This document shows, in pieces, positions 20,356 to 30,000 of a stretch of 64,000 nucleotides of DNA. The stretch is from an uncultured Chthonomonadaceae bacterium. GTDB taxonomy: Bacteria > Armatimonadota > Chthonomonadetes > Chthonomonadales > Chthonomonadaceae. The notes below the pieces were generated by a model, which ran no database searches, was not told the origin of the DNA, and saw only the letters and a list, made by a program, of their open reading frames with translations. The DNA is taken from positions 64,001 through 128,000 of the forward strand of contig CAWIEK010000048.1 of the NCBI GenBank assembly GCA_963835065.1, in the 5' to 3' direction. Made by a program: the position numbers and the translations under genes. Position 1 is the stretch's first letter. Each line of letters opens with the position of its first letter.

Positions 20356-21378
20356 GTGGCGGAAAACACGACAACGGAATGGTGCGCGGGCTTGCCTTTG
20401 ATTGGACAGCGGCCTTTTGAACCGGAAGAGCAGGAATATTTGCAGCGCCTGGCGCAGCGGCTGCGCTGGTATGGCCTTGTGGCGCTGCTGCTGTACCCTC
20501 TGCTGATTGCGGTTTCGGGCGTGATAGCGTGGGCAACGACTTCCTCTGCCGCGCAGGGGTTGGCCGGAATGGTTTTGGCGGCGGTTGTGCTGCTGTGCTT
20601 CTATGGCCCTTTCCTGCTGATTATTGTCCGCGATACGATGGGGCGCAGCAAAGTTTTGTTGGAGGACTTGCGCTGCGGTTATGTGAAGCAGTTTGCGGGG
20701 ATGATGTCGCCGGATGTGGGCACAGAGGCAACCCTGATTAAACTGCGGCAGGCGCGTATCGTACCGAGAACGGGAACCGGGCACTGGAGCCTGGAAATGC
20801 TGCCCGCGTCCCGGCGCGTGTGGCGCGTACAGGAACAAAGGGTAAAGCCCTGGATAATTGCCAATGTTGTGGAAGTGGCGCAAACCCCGGAAATGGCCGC
20901 CATTGCCGCGCAGTGGCTTCAGCCTGTAACGCGGAAAGACGATGAAACCCTGCTTGGCGGGCGGCGGGCCTTGTCACAAGCGGAACGAGACGAGTTACTG
21001 CGCTACGCGCGTCATGCCTGGACGCGCCCCCTGCCTGGCGCGATAGGCTTTACGCTGTGGGCGGGGGTACGCATCAGCAGCCTGCTGCTGCATCCGCTTC
21101 TGAACACCGGCATAAATTGGATATTCTTCACGCTGTTCGTGTTCTTTACACTGCTGATGGATGTGGCTCTTGTCATGCAGGTTCTGCTGTCACGAAAGTT
21201 ACGCCAGGACGCGCAGGCGGGACACGTTATCATTGTCGGCGTGGAAAAGAACGCTCAGTCGGTTTCGCCGGAAACGCCTGCAAACACCGTTCCAATGATT
21301 CGGGAAGTTCTGCCGCATGCAAAACGCGAGTGGACACAGGAAGGGCGGCCTGCCGTCTGGCGCACAATCCGCTCATAA
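20356..21378 (+). CDS. Membrane protein with an internal two-fold repeat
   Basis: Two units, each RP/RAL-E-E-L, two TM helices, then LxxD...G...E(M/V)LP..xR.W. Confidence 0.7.
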   Translation: MAENTTTEWCAGLPLIGQRPFEPEEQEYLQRLAQRLRWYGLVALLLYPLLIAVSGVIAWATTSSAAQGLAGMVLAAVVLLCFYGPFLLIIVRDTMGRSKVLLEDLRCGYVKQFAGMMSPDVGTEATLIKLRQARIVPRTGTGHWSLEMLPASRRVWRVQEQRVKPWIIANVVEVAQTPEMAAIAAQWLQPVTRKDDETLLGGRRALSQAERDELLRYARHAWTRPLPGAIGFTLWAGVRISSLLLHPLLNTGINWIFFTLFVFFTLLMDVALVMQVLLSRKLRQDAQAGHVIIVGVEKNAQSVSPETPANTVPMIREVLPHAKREWTQEGRPAVWRTIRS

Positions 21379-21567
21379 AACTCTATACGAATGTCCTGAC
21401 GAACCGCCGTGAAATAGTAAGTTCAGTGCCGCATCGCGCTTTACAATCCGATTTCAAGACGGGTCGTAAGACGAGTACCTCTTTAACAAAGTGTTTGTGT
21501 TGCACAACGAAATGAATTTCTTTGCTTCTACGATGGTCAACATCACGGTATCCGCATTAAGAAGGCA

Positions 21568-22716
21568 TTAGATGCCTTCCCGCAGAGTATGCGCGGCCTG
21601 ACTGAGCGCTTTCAGTTTCGCTTCCACATGCGCCAACTCGTTCATAGGACGCGCCGCAAAGGTTCCGAAGCCGCAGTCCGGGTTTAGGAACAGTTTCTCT
21701 TTGGGGATGAACTGCAGAGCCGTTTGTACCCGCGCAACGATTTCTTCAACCGTTTCAATTGCGTCCGTGCGCGGGTTGACGACGCCCAGACCAACCTCCT
21801 TGTTGCCAAATGCCAGCATCTCGCCCGCGCGGGGCGTGGCGTATTCCAGCACCATCTGCCGCAAGGCCAGCCGCTCGAACCAGGGCTTGAGCGGGGCATA
21901 GTTTCCGCGCAATAATGTAGCCTCGTTGCGGCTCCAATTGCCCCGGCAGACATGCAGCCCGGTGCGAACGTCTTCCAGCCCCTCCACCACGCGATTGATT
22001 AAGCCGACTGCGAATTCCAACTCTTCGGCGGGGTCGTTGCGCGCCGCCAGTGCCGCGCACATGAACGTTCGGGTTTGCCCCTGCGTGAAGACCAGTTCCG
22101 TCAGCACCGGCTCATCAAACTGAATGAAGTCCGCTCCCGCTTCCTGCAGCGCGAACGCCTCTTCCCGCAGGATACGTACCACGTCTTCGGCCAGCGCCTC
22201 TTTGTCGGCATACACCTTGCCCGTGATTTCAGGAACCCACATCGCCCGCGTCAGAATATAGGGGCCGGGGAGGGGAACCTTAATAGGCTTATGCGTGTAA
22301 TTTTTGAGAAACGCCACCTCATCTACGGCAAGCGGTTTGCGCCGCGCCAGTTTGCCCACGCAGGTCGGGTTGTTGATGGAGTACGCGGGCACATCCAGCG
22401 TTTGCAGCAGTTTCTCGAAACCCGCTTTGTCCTCGACGTAATCCAGCATTTCGGCCAGCGACATCAGCCGAACGCCGTCCAGTTTGTCGGACACGAACGA
22501 GTAGAAGTTGTCCCGGCGCTGCTCCCCGTCCGTCACGATGTCCACGCCCGCTGCTTCCTGCATACGCAGGGCGTCCCGTACCGCGTCGTCTGCGATACGC
22601 TCGAATTCCGCTTCCGACAGGTCGCCGCGTTTTCTGGCTCGGAGCGCGCGCAGCACGGATTGAGGCCGGGGCAGGCTGCCAACCGTTGTCACGGGAAACA
22701 GGGGAAGCGTTGTCAT
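21568..22716 (-). CDS. Cobalamin-independent methionine synthase II (MetE C-terminal-like) family protein
   Basis: VGSLPRP, TDGEQRR, IQFDEP, Zn ligands HVCRGN and NPDCGF. Confidence 0.92.
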   Translation of the reverse strand: MTTLPLFPVTTVGSLPRPQSVLRALRARKRGDLSEAEFERIADDAVRDALRMQEAAGVDIVTDGEQRRDNFYSFVSDKLDGVRLMSLAEMLDYVEDKAGFEKLLQTLDVPAYSINNPTCVGKLARRKPLAVDEVAFLKNYTHKPIKVPLPGPYILTRAMWVPEITGKVYADKEALAEDVVRILREEAFALQEAGADFIQFDEPVLTELVFTQGQTRTFMCAALAARNDPAEELEFAVGLINRVVEGLEDVRTGLHVCRGNWSRNEATLLRGNYAPLKPWFERLALRQMVLEYATPRAGEMLAFGNKEVGLGVVNPRTDAIETVEEIVARVQTALQFIPKEKLFLNPDCGFGTFAARPMNELAHVEAKLKALSQAAHTLREGI

Positions 22717-23537
22717 TGGCCTGCCTCCGCAAAGAACTTCTGTCGCTGCACGGCCTCGGTCAAGGCGCTGAAGCCAGATGTACGCCCCGGCAGCCAGGCT
22801 TTCAGCCCCTCCATGTCCATCATTTCCCGGTGCGCGGGGTTGTCATAGTTCATGGAATACAGCGTTTCGAGCCAGGGACGCTCCCGGTCTTCGGGCAGGT
22901 CGCCGCGTACCGTAAACACGCAATGGTCGAAACGATCCGTAGTTGCCAGAACGCGGTAACGGTTGGGATCAATCGTGCCATCCGCTGTCCAGAGTTGCCA
23001 GTTCAAATCCAGCATAGCGCAGGCGTCGGCCTGGCCGGACTGCATCGCAGCCAGCGCGTCCTTTTCCCCGCCGATGTGGTCGCCGTGCTTGCCGACGAGA
23101 ACATCAAAGCGTTTGACCTGCACATCGCGCCCCGGTTCCAATCCATGACGCTGTAACAATCCCAGGGGAATCAGCGTGGCCTGGGGCGAGTCTTTCGCGC
23201 CCGTAGCGATTGTTTTGCCCGCAAGGTCGGTGACGTTCCGAACCAAACTGTCCGCCGGGGTTACGATATGCGAAACGCGGTCACGGTCGGTGTCGCGCAT
23301 CGCAATGGCGCGGCACGTATCGCCCGAACGCCGCTGCGCGTCCAGCCAGGCCAGGGGCGAGTTCCAGGCAACGTGGATTGTGCCGTCAAGCAAGGCTTTC
23401 ACCTGCAATTCGTAGTTGCTGAAAAACACATAATCCATCGGGCAGCCACTGGCCTCGAAAAACTCCTTGATAATTTCCCAGATCACAACCACTTTCGGAT
23501 CATAAACCACTGCGCCCACCAAAACCGGTTCGGTCAT
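22713..23537 (-). CDS. PhnD/SsuA-type substrate-binding-fold protein, no signal peptide
   Basis: DLAGKTIATGAKDSPQATLIP, FDHCVF. N-terminus MTEPVLVGAVVYDPK is not a signal peptide. Confidence 0.8.
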   Translation of the reverse strand: MTEPVLVGAVVYDPKVVVIWEIIKEFFEASGCPMDYVFFSNYELQVKALLDGTIHVAWNSPLAWLDAQRRSGDTCRAIAMRDTDRDRVSHIVTPADSLVRNVTDLAGKTIATGAKDSPQATLIPLGLLQRHGLEPGRDVQVKRFDVLVGKHGDHIGGEKDALAAMQSGQADACAMLDLNWQLWTADGTIDPNRYRVLATTDRFDHCVFTVRGDLPEDRERPWLETLYSMNYDNPAHREMMDMEGLKAWLPGRTSGFSALTEAVQRQKFFAEAGQ

Positions 23538-23627
23538 TTCTATTGCTTCCTTTAGCGCGATTAGTAAAGGATGAACGATGAGTGATGAGTGATGAGTAGA
23601 ATCCATTCATCCTTCATCCTTCATCCT

Positions 23628-24797
23628 TTAGAATAACTCCATGCCGCACAGGGCGCGGCCTATGAAATCGTACAGCACATCGGTCGTGGGAGCCATGACG
23701 CTTGCCGCCCGCGCGTCGCGGAAGTTGCGCTCCAAACTGAGATGTTTGCTGAAGGCTGCGCCCCCACACGCCTGCATTCCCAGGTCGGTAACGAGAAGGG
23801 CGCTTTCCGCCGCCGCCGCTTTAGATTCCAGCACCATGAGCATGGCGTTGGGCGCGGACGTTTCCACCGCTTCTAATGCGCTGACGAGATGGGCGCGGGC
23901 GCGGTCGGTTTCGATCCGCATTTTGGCAAGCCGCGCGCGCAGGGTCGGCAGGTCGGCCAGCTTGCTGTCCAAATGTTCAAAGCGCTTGCCCGTCAGATGC
24001 CGCGTGGTCGCCTGGACAGCCGCCTCGCAAAGCCCGACGGAAATGGCCGCGTTCCCAAGCTGAAAAACAGGCAGCACGACGCCGAGCATAACCTCGAAGC
24101 CTTTGCCCGGCTCACAAAACGCGCGGTCGGCAGGGAGTATGCAATTTTGCAGTGACATGGGAGCGCTGCTGTTGCCGCGCAGTCCGAGCGAATCCCATGC
24201 GCCGCTCGTCGCCACCCCGGCATCGTTTTTATAAACAAGGTACAGGATCGTGTCGGTTGGACTTGCGGATTGGGGCGAGCGCGTGGAAACCACATAGCCG
24301 TCCGCGTGTCCCGCCGATGTTACCCAGGACTTTTCCGCGTTGAGCGTAATCTGTCCGTCGTGTTCCGCTGCCTGACTGACGGGCGCCCAGAAGTGGCTGC
24401 GCGACCCCTTTTCGCTCCACGCGAGCGTGGACAGATGCTGTCCGGCAGCCGCTTCGCGCAGATTTTTGGCGGCGGTTTGCGGGGCGCTGACGTAACAGGC
24501 GACGCCGCAAAGGTGCATCAGGAAGATCATGCCGACGGAAGCGTCACGCTGGCCGATTTCGTCCAGAATAGCCGCTGATGCGCGCAGGTTCTGCCCCATT
24601 CCGCCGTACTCTGTGGGAACGGTCAGCCCCATCAGCCCGGCCTTGCCCAGCGCGTCTACTGCTTCGGCGGGAAAGCGGCTTTCCCGGTCCACGTCGGCGG
24701 CATGGGGCGCAATCGCCTCGTCGCCAGCCTGCCGCGCTTTTTCCACAATGGCGGCCTGCTCTTCGGTCAATCGGTACAATGGTTTACTCCTGTTCAA
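23628..24797 (-). CDS. Acyl-CoA dehydrogenase-fold flavoprotein
   Basis: VPTEYGGMG, AWSEKGSRS, KSWVTS, GLRGNSS, GGAAF...LERNFRDARA. Confidence 0.92.
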   Translation of the reverse strand: MNRSKPLYRLTEEQAAIVEKARQAGDEAIAPHAADVDRESRFPAEAVDALGKAGLMGLTVPTEYGGMGQNLRASAAILDEIGQRDASVGMIFLMHLCGVACYVSAPQTAAKNLREAAAGQHLSTLAWSEKGSRSHFWAPVSQAAEHDGQITLNAEKSWVTSAGHADGYVVSTRSPQSASPTDTILYLVYKNDAGVATSGAWDSLGLRGNSSAPMSLQNCILPADRAFCEPGKGFEVMLGVVLPVFQLGNAAISVGLCEAAVQATTRHLTGKRFEHLDSKLADLPTLRARLAKMRIETDRARAHLVSALEAVETSAPNAMLMVLESKAAAAESALLVTDLGMQACGGAAFSKHLSLERNFRDARAASVMAPTTDVLYDFIGRALCGMELF

Positions 24798-24833
24798 AAA
24801 ATTAGCGCGAACGCTGGTATAAAAATGATGGTA

Positions 24834-25283
24834 TCAATTGGTCGGCTGCAACCGCAGGGAGAGTTCGACGGCGTTACGCAGCGTGTTGTAAAGCGGGGAG
24901 CGCAGCAGGGTTGTCTCCCAAAGCGCGGCCAGTTCGGACTCGCAGGCATCGGAAGCGACATACAGGGTTCCTTCGATGCGCTCGATTCCCGGATGGCCTT
25001 CTTCGCCAATCACGCCGACGTGAACGAGGGGATTGTTCAGGGTACAGGTTGCGGAAAATTCAAGCGCGTCCAGAGGAAGGCGTTGTTTGGCGGCGAGGGC
25101 GCGGAAGGTGGCGGCAAGGTCGGCGGCAAACGCGCCAAGCATCAGTTCGATAGCGGCAGGAAGCGGGTCGGTGGGACGAAAACTCAGCGGCTCGCCCACG
25201 GGGAAGGCGTGGTTGCGGGCATGAACCGTGAGGGTTCGGGAAGCGTCGGCGCGAACTCGCACCGTCCAGGCAAACGTATTCAC
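24834..25283 (-). CDS. OsmC-like protein
   Basis: ARNHAFPVGEP, AIELMLGAFAAD, RSPLYNTL; the usual redox Cys residues are absent. Start uncertain (ORF extends to 25400). Confidence 0.7.
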   Translation of the reverse strand: MNTFAWTVRVRADASRTLTVHARNHAFPVGEPLSFRPTDPLPAAIELMLGAFAADLAATFRALAAKQRLPLDALEFSATCTLNNPLVHVGVIGEEGHPGIERIEGTLYVASDACESELAALWETTLLRSPLYNTLRNAVELSLRLQPTN

Positions 25284-26175
25284 GGCGTCTTCCTCCGTGT
25301 ACAGTAATATCGTTTCTTCCGCATGGTTCTTCGCTTTCAAAGGTAAAGAGCGTTCACGCGCAGATGTCAGGAAAGGAGATGTATTTTTATCCGCAAACAA
25401 TAAAGCTCCGGCATGGTTCCTACGTTCCTCTTTATTCTACCGTAGGATTATAGAATATCTGCTACGTTCTAAGGTCCGGGGCCTTGAAACGGGAAAAGAA
25501 AAAAGTATGTGAGACAGCGTCGAAATCTTGGCAATGCAGCGCTTCCAGCACAGTGTCTCGTTGTGTCAGGTTGTAGGGGTGAGGCGTCGTGACCTCGTGA
25601 GCGTCAGGGCGAACGGGGAGAGTGGACAGGCATCTTCTTGCACCTCCCTTCCAGGTTAGATTGTTGAGAGTTGATAAGAACTACGAACTTTAAACGTCCC
25701 GCCACCTGGCTAGTTAGCAGTCTCTAGAATGTAGACTTACATGTACATTTAGACGAGATGAAGTCAGAAAAGGTTCGTTTTTTCTGCTTTTTATGTAGAT
25801 TTATTTCTACTTTTTTGCACATTCTTCTTGGCTTGGGCAAACCGGAGGAGGGAGCAGGCGCAGCACAGGGGTGAATGACCTACGACGGGATACGTGTTGA
25901 GCATTTTAGATGCGCCGGTCCTGCCGTCCTGACGACTGGAAAATTTTTGTTGAAATTTCTGATGTAAGGGTTGCAGATATGTTTTTATGTTCATTTTAAC
26001 GGGTATACTGTATAAAATAACAGCCGGATAGCGAAAGGTGGCTCCACAAAAGAATAGCCTGGTTTGATTGAAGTTGTGCCGGAGCGCCCGCTGTTGCCGC
26101 CGGTAAGAAGAGGCTGAGGAAGTACGACGGCAGCCAACTGCGATGGGTCTACACGTTGTTACAAGGAGAAACCCT

Positions 26176-26795
26176 GTGAAAAAGAGTACGGCAGTCCTCC
26201 CTATCCTCCTGCTTCTTGGCAGCGCCTCACTGCGCGCTGCCGCCGATACGAACCTGGTTCAGAACGGCGATTTTGAAACCAACGATCTTACGTTTTGGAA
26301 CGTGAGCGATCCGAACACGATGTTTGTATCCACGAACCCGCACAACGGCAACTACGCCGCATGGCTAGGCACTTATCCCGCAACCGGCATCCTGTCCCAA
26401 TCGCTCACAACCGTTGTCGGCCAGCAGTACCTGATTGACTTTTTCGTGGCGAACGACTATTTGCAGGACCCCTTCCTGAGCAGTCCCAGCGCGCTTACCG
26501 TATCCTTCGGCAGCAAGGTTCTCTTTGCGCAAAACCCAGTTTCTTATGAAGATTACACCGAAGAAACCGCCATTGCCACCGCTACCGGTTCCACCACGAC
26601 ACTTTCGTTTTCCCAACAACAATCGCCCGGTTACTTATTTCTGGATGATGTCGGCGTGAGGCTATCGTAACCGTGCCTGAGTTGAACGGTACGCTGGCAA
26701 TGGGTGCTTTTTTCATCCTGTGCGGGCTGGTTCTGCTGCACCGGCAGGGAACGAGCCGCAAGAATAATAAAAATAAATTTTCGCTGCAGAAGTAA
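26176..26795 (+). CDS. Secreted carbohydrate-binding-like protein with PEP-CTERM-type sorting signal (frameshift near 26660)
   Basis: Signal peptide, NLVQNGDFET, LDDV. A second frame continues VPELNGTLAMGAFFILCGLVLLHRQGTSRK. Confidence 0.75.
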
Positions 26796-27033
26796 TAATC
26801 CAAATAAAGTTGAAAAATAGTATTTTCTTTTCACGAGTATGCTATTATATGGTGGATGCAATCACCGTTACAACATCTGCTCGCAAGCCGTAGTGGATGA
26901 AAACGCAGCCGCATTACAGCGTTCGAAATTCCAAGTTACCGCCGTCGCTTCTTGAGATTCGTTCAATACAGCCTACATCGGGCAGATTTATTAAGGCGTA
27001 CCAGGGCCTGAAGGATAGATCTTATCTTACCGA

Positions 27034-30000
27034 TTGAATTCCCGGCAGTCAGAAAAGGCAATCTCCATTCCTCGCGTCCTTCTCTGCGGCTTTTTGCTGG
27101 CAAACGTTTCCGTTTCGCAGGCGGAGCGGCCTCCCGTAACCCGCCGCGCAGCAGATCGCCTTCAGCTGCGGGCGCTTCCCGCGCGCTGCCAGGTGGCGGT
27201 CAAGCAGGAAACGAGCCTTTCCCTGTCCTTTGGTTCCCCTGTCAAAGTGGATTCTGCCGCCAATCTGCGGGTGACAGGCGTTCCCAAAGGCGTTACGGCC
27301 TGGTTCTATCCCTCCTACTTAAATCGTACCGGCAACACGCTGTTCGTTCGGGCTGCCGAGCAAACCGTTCCCGGCTCCTACGCGCTTTCGGTGGAAACCG
27401 TTCGCAACGGCCATATTGTTTCTTCCCTTCCGGTTCCCCTGCGCGTGTTGCCTCCGGGTACAGCCGATGCAAGTCAGCGCCCGTTCGATTTTCGGCAGGC
27501 CGCGCAACATCAAGCCGCCGTTCCTCTGCCTGCTCTCGGAACCCTGCTTGACAATGCGGGGCATCTGTCCCGGCCTGTGTCTCCCAATACGGTGCGGCAG
27601 TGGCTGCACACCCCGCATAGCCGCCAAACAAAGGATGTTTCGACGGCGCAGGCGCAGATATGGCTTGGCGAGTATCTTCTGGCGCATGATGAGCAACCGG
27701 AAAAAGCGCGGCGGCATTTCCGGCAGGCGCAGCGCCTGCTGCCCCTTTCGCATCCGCTTTATGGCCTTGCCGCGTATGACAGCGCCCTGGCGCTTTATTA
27801 TGAGGGGGCGTATGGCGCGGCCAAAGACGCTTTTCTTGCCCTGCTGACAAACCGGCCTGCCCTGCATGGTTTCGACCGCAAAACGTGCGTCTTGTGGAGC
27901 CGCATGGCGATTGGCTGTTGGGGCTACCATGAGCAGCGTTCCGCGATGGGCATCCCTGAGCCGTCCAAACTCGACCCGGTTTGCGGCGCGGCGGGGCTTG
28001 CCGCCTGCATCCACGAATTGAACGGCGCTTACGATAAGAAAACCCTGTTGGGCGCATGCCGGGTTACGGGCGAAGGCAGCGTGATGGCGAACATCCTGGC
28101 CGCCACGCGCCGCCTGGGGTATGCTGCGCATCTCCTCACCTGCGACGAAGAGGGATTGAAGGCGCTGCCCAAACCGCTGATCGCGTATGTGGAGCATGAC
28201 CATTATATCGCCGTCGTGGACGCCAACGAGCATGGAGTCTCGTATCTGTGCAGCGACTGCGGGGCATGGCCGGGCGGGCGCGTTGACCTGACGTGGAAGC
28301 AGTGGCGAGCGCTGGAAGCCTCGCAGTACGTCGTGGTGCGCCGCCCGGAGGATACGTGGGATCAGGCGCTCAAGTACGCCAGCGTTCAGACGCCGGAACG
28401 AGCAGGCGGCGCACAACTCACGCTCGCCAGCACATCGCCTACGGCTCCCACACTTTTGGCGCGGCGAATGGCTGGAGCGCTCAAGGGGCATTTCAAGTTC
28501 AAGGATCAGCAGCCGACCAATGGGCCTTGTGGCACCAAACCGACAAGCCCCGATCCTCCACCTGCCACCTGTTCGTACACAAGCACTGATAGCTCAGGCG
28601 GACAGGTCGCTTCGGATGCTGGAATGACAGACACTGCCGGCCAGTGCGGTCTCCCTACATCGTGCATGCAGCAACCCAATGCTTCAATGGCTGACCCCTG
28701 GCCCTGATCCTGTGCAACTTGCTGCCGGTGAAGAGAAGTATGGGCCGGTTGGGAGCTTGAACGTTTATAATCCTTATGGGCCGTCCGTCAACTGGTACCT
28801 CCATTATCGCAGCCTGCGGGGGTGTGGACAGTCCTTCGCCTCGATAAGGCTATTCCTTTGCCTAGGACTTCACTATACGAAGATTACGTTTGTGGAGTGG
28901 GTTGGACACAGCCCTACAATGTGGGGGTCTACGATCCGACGGGCGGAGGCACCGGCACAAAATATATCTTCTACCCGGATGGCGCGCGTGTTGCCTTTAC
29001 GATGCCCGCCGTCCCGACAGCGGCTAAACCCAAAGTACAGGGCAGTGTGCAGGCCGGCAATGCGCTGCTCGTCGAGTGGGACTACGATTCCGCCACACAG
29101 GGTGGCTACTACGTCATTACCATGCGCGACCGAACCCGCCTGGTGACGACGGGCTACAATTCAGCGGTTGGCTGCCATCTCTTGTCTCGAATGATTGACG
29201 GCAATGGTCACGCGCTGAATTTTACGTATGGCTCACCGGCGCATACGAACGGTTGGCCGCTGCTGGCGAAGATCACGAACGATGCGAACACAGCGTTGCT
29301 GACCATTGTTCGGGCGACGGACGGCACGGGCAACATCACCCACGTTGACGACGCTTATGGGCGTTCGATCTACTATCACTGCAGTTACTATCCCTGCACC
29401 TACACTCCCTATCCCTATCCACAGGGCTATCAGGAGGTAAACCACATTTCGCAGCTGGTGCAAACGGCACTTTGAAAGCGCCGGATCACTTTGCTTACGG
29501 CTATCAGGGTATTTACAATGGTGAGGGCGAACTAATCCCCTTTTTGCATACCTTTCCGTTCCCTCGCCCACCGGAAATGGAACCAGCACCTCGACCATCA
29601 ACTACAACAATTACGTTCCGCTCCTCACCAGTCTGGTTGATGCCAACGGCAACACGCGGACGTACACATCCTCGGACGCGAACGGCAATTACGCCTATCC
29701 TCGGCCTATACGAAGGTCGCGGTTACGGACAACAAGGGCAATCTGGGTTACAGCTACATCGTCAGTTATAACAGCGCGATGGAGGAGACTTCACGTAAAA
29801 ACGGCGCGGGGCAGGTACTTGCCACAACTGTCTATGCCGACGGGAACGATCCGTATCAGCCTTCCTCCGTCACAGATGGCAACGGTCATACCTCCTACTC
29901 CTCCTACGACACCTATGGGAACATGACGCAGGCGACTTCGGCGCGTGGAACTGTCACCCATAACAGCTTCGATTACACGAATTTCGCGCTCGGCGAACTG

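Noticed and set aside
25500..25660. Small minus-strand peptide after a GGAGG RBS (MPVHSPRSP)
   Set aside because: Nine codons with no supporting motif; cannot be distinguished from chance or a decayed gene.
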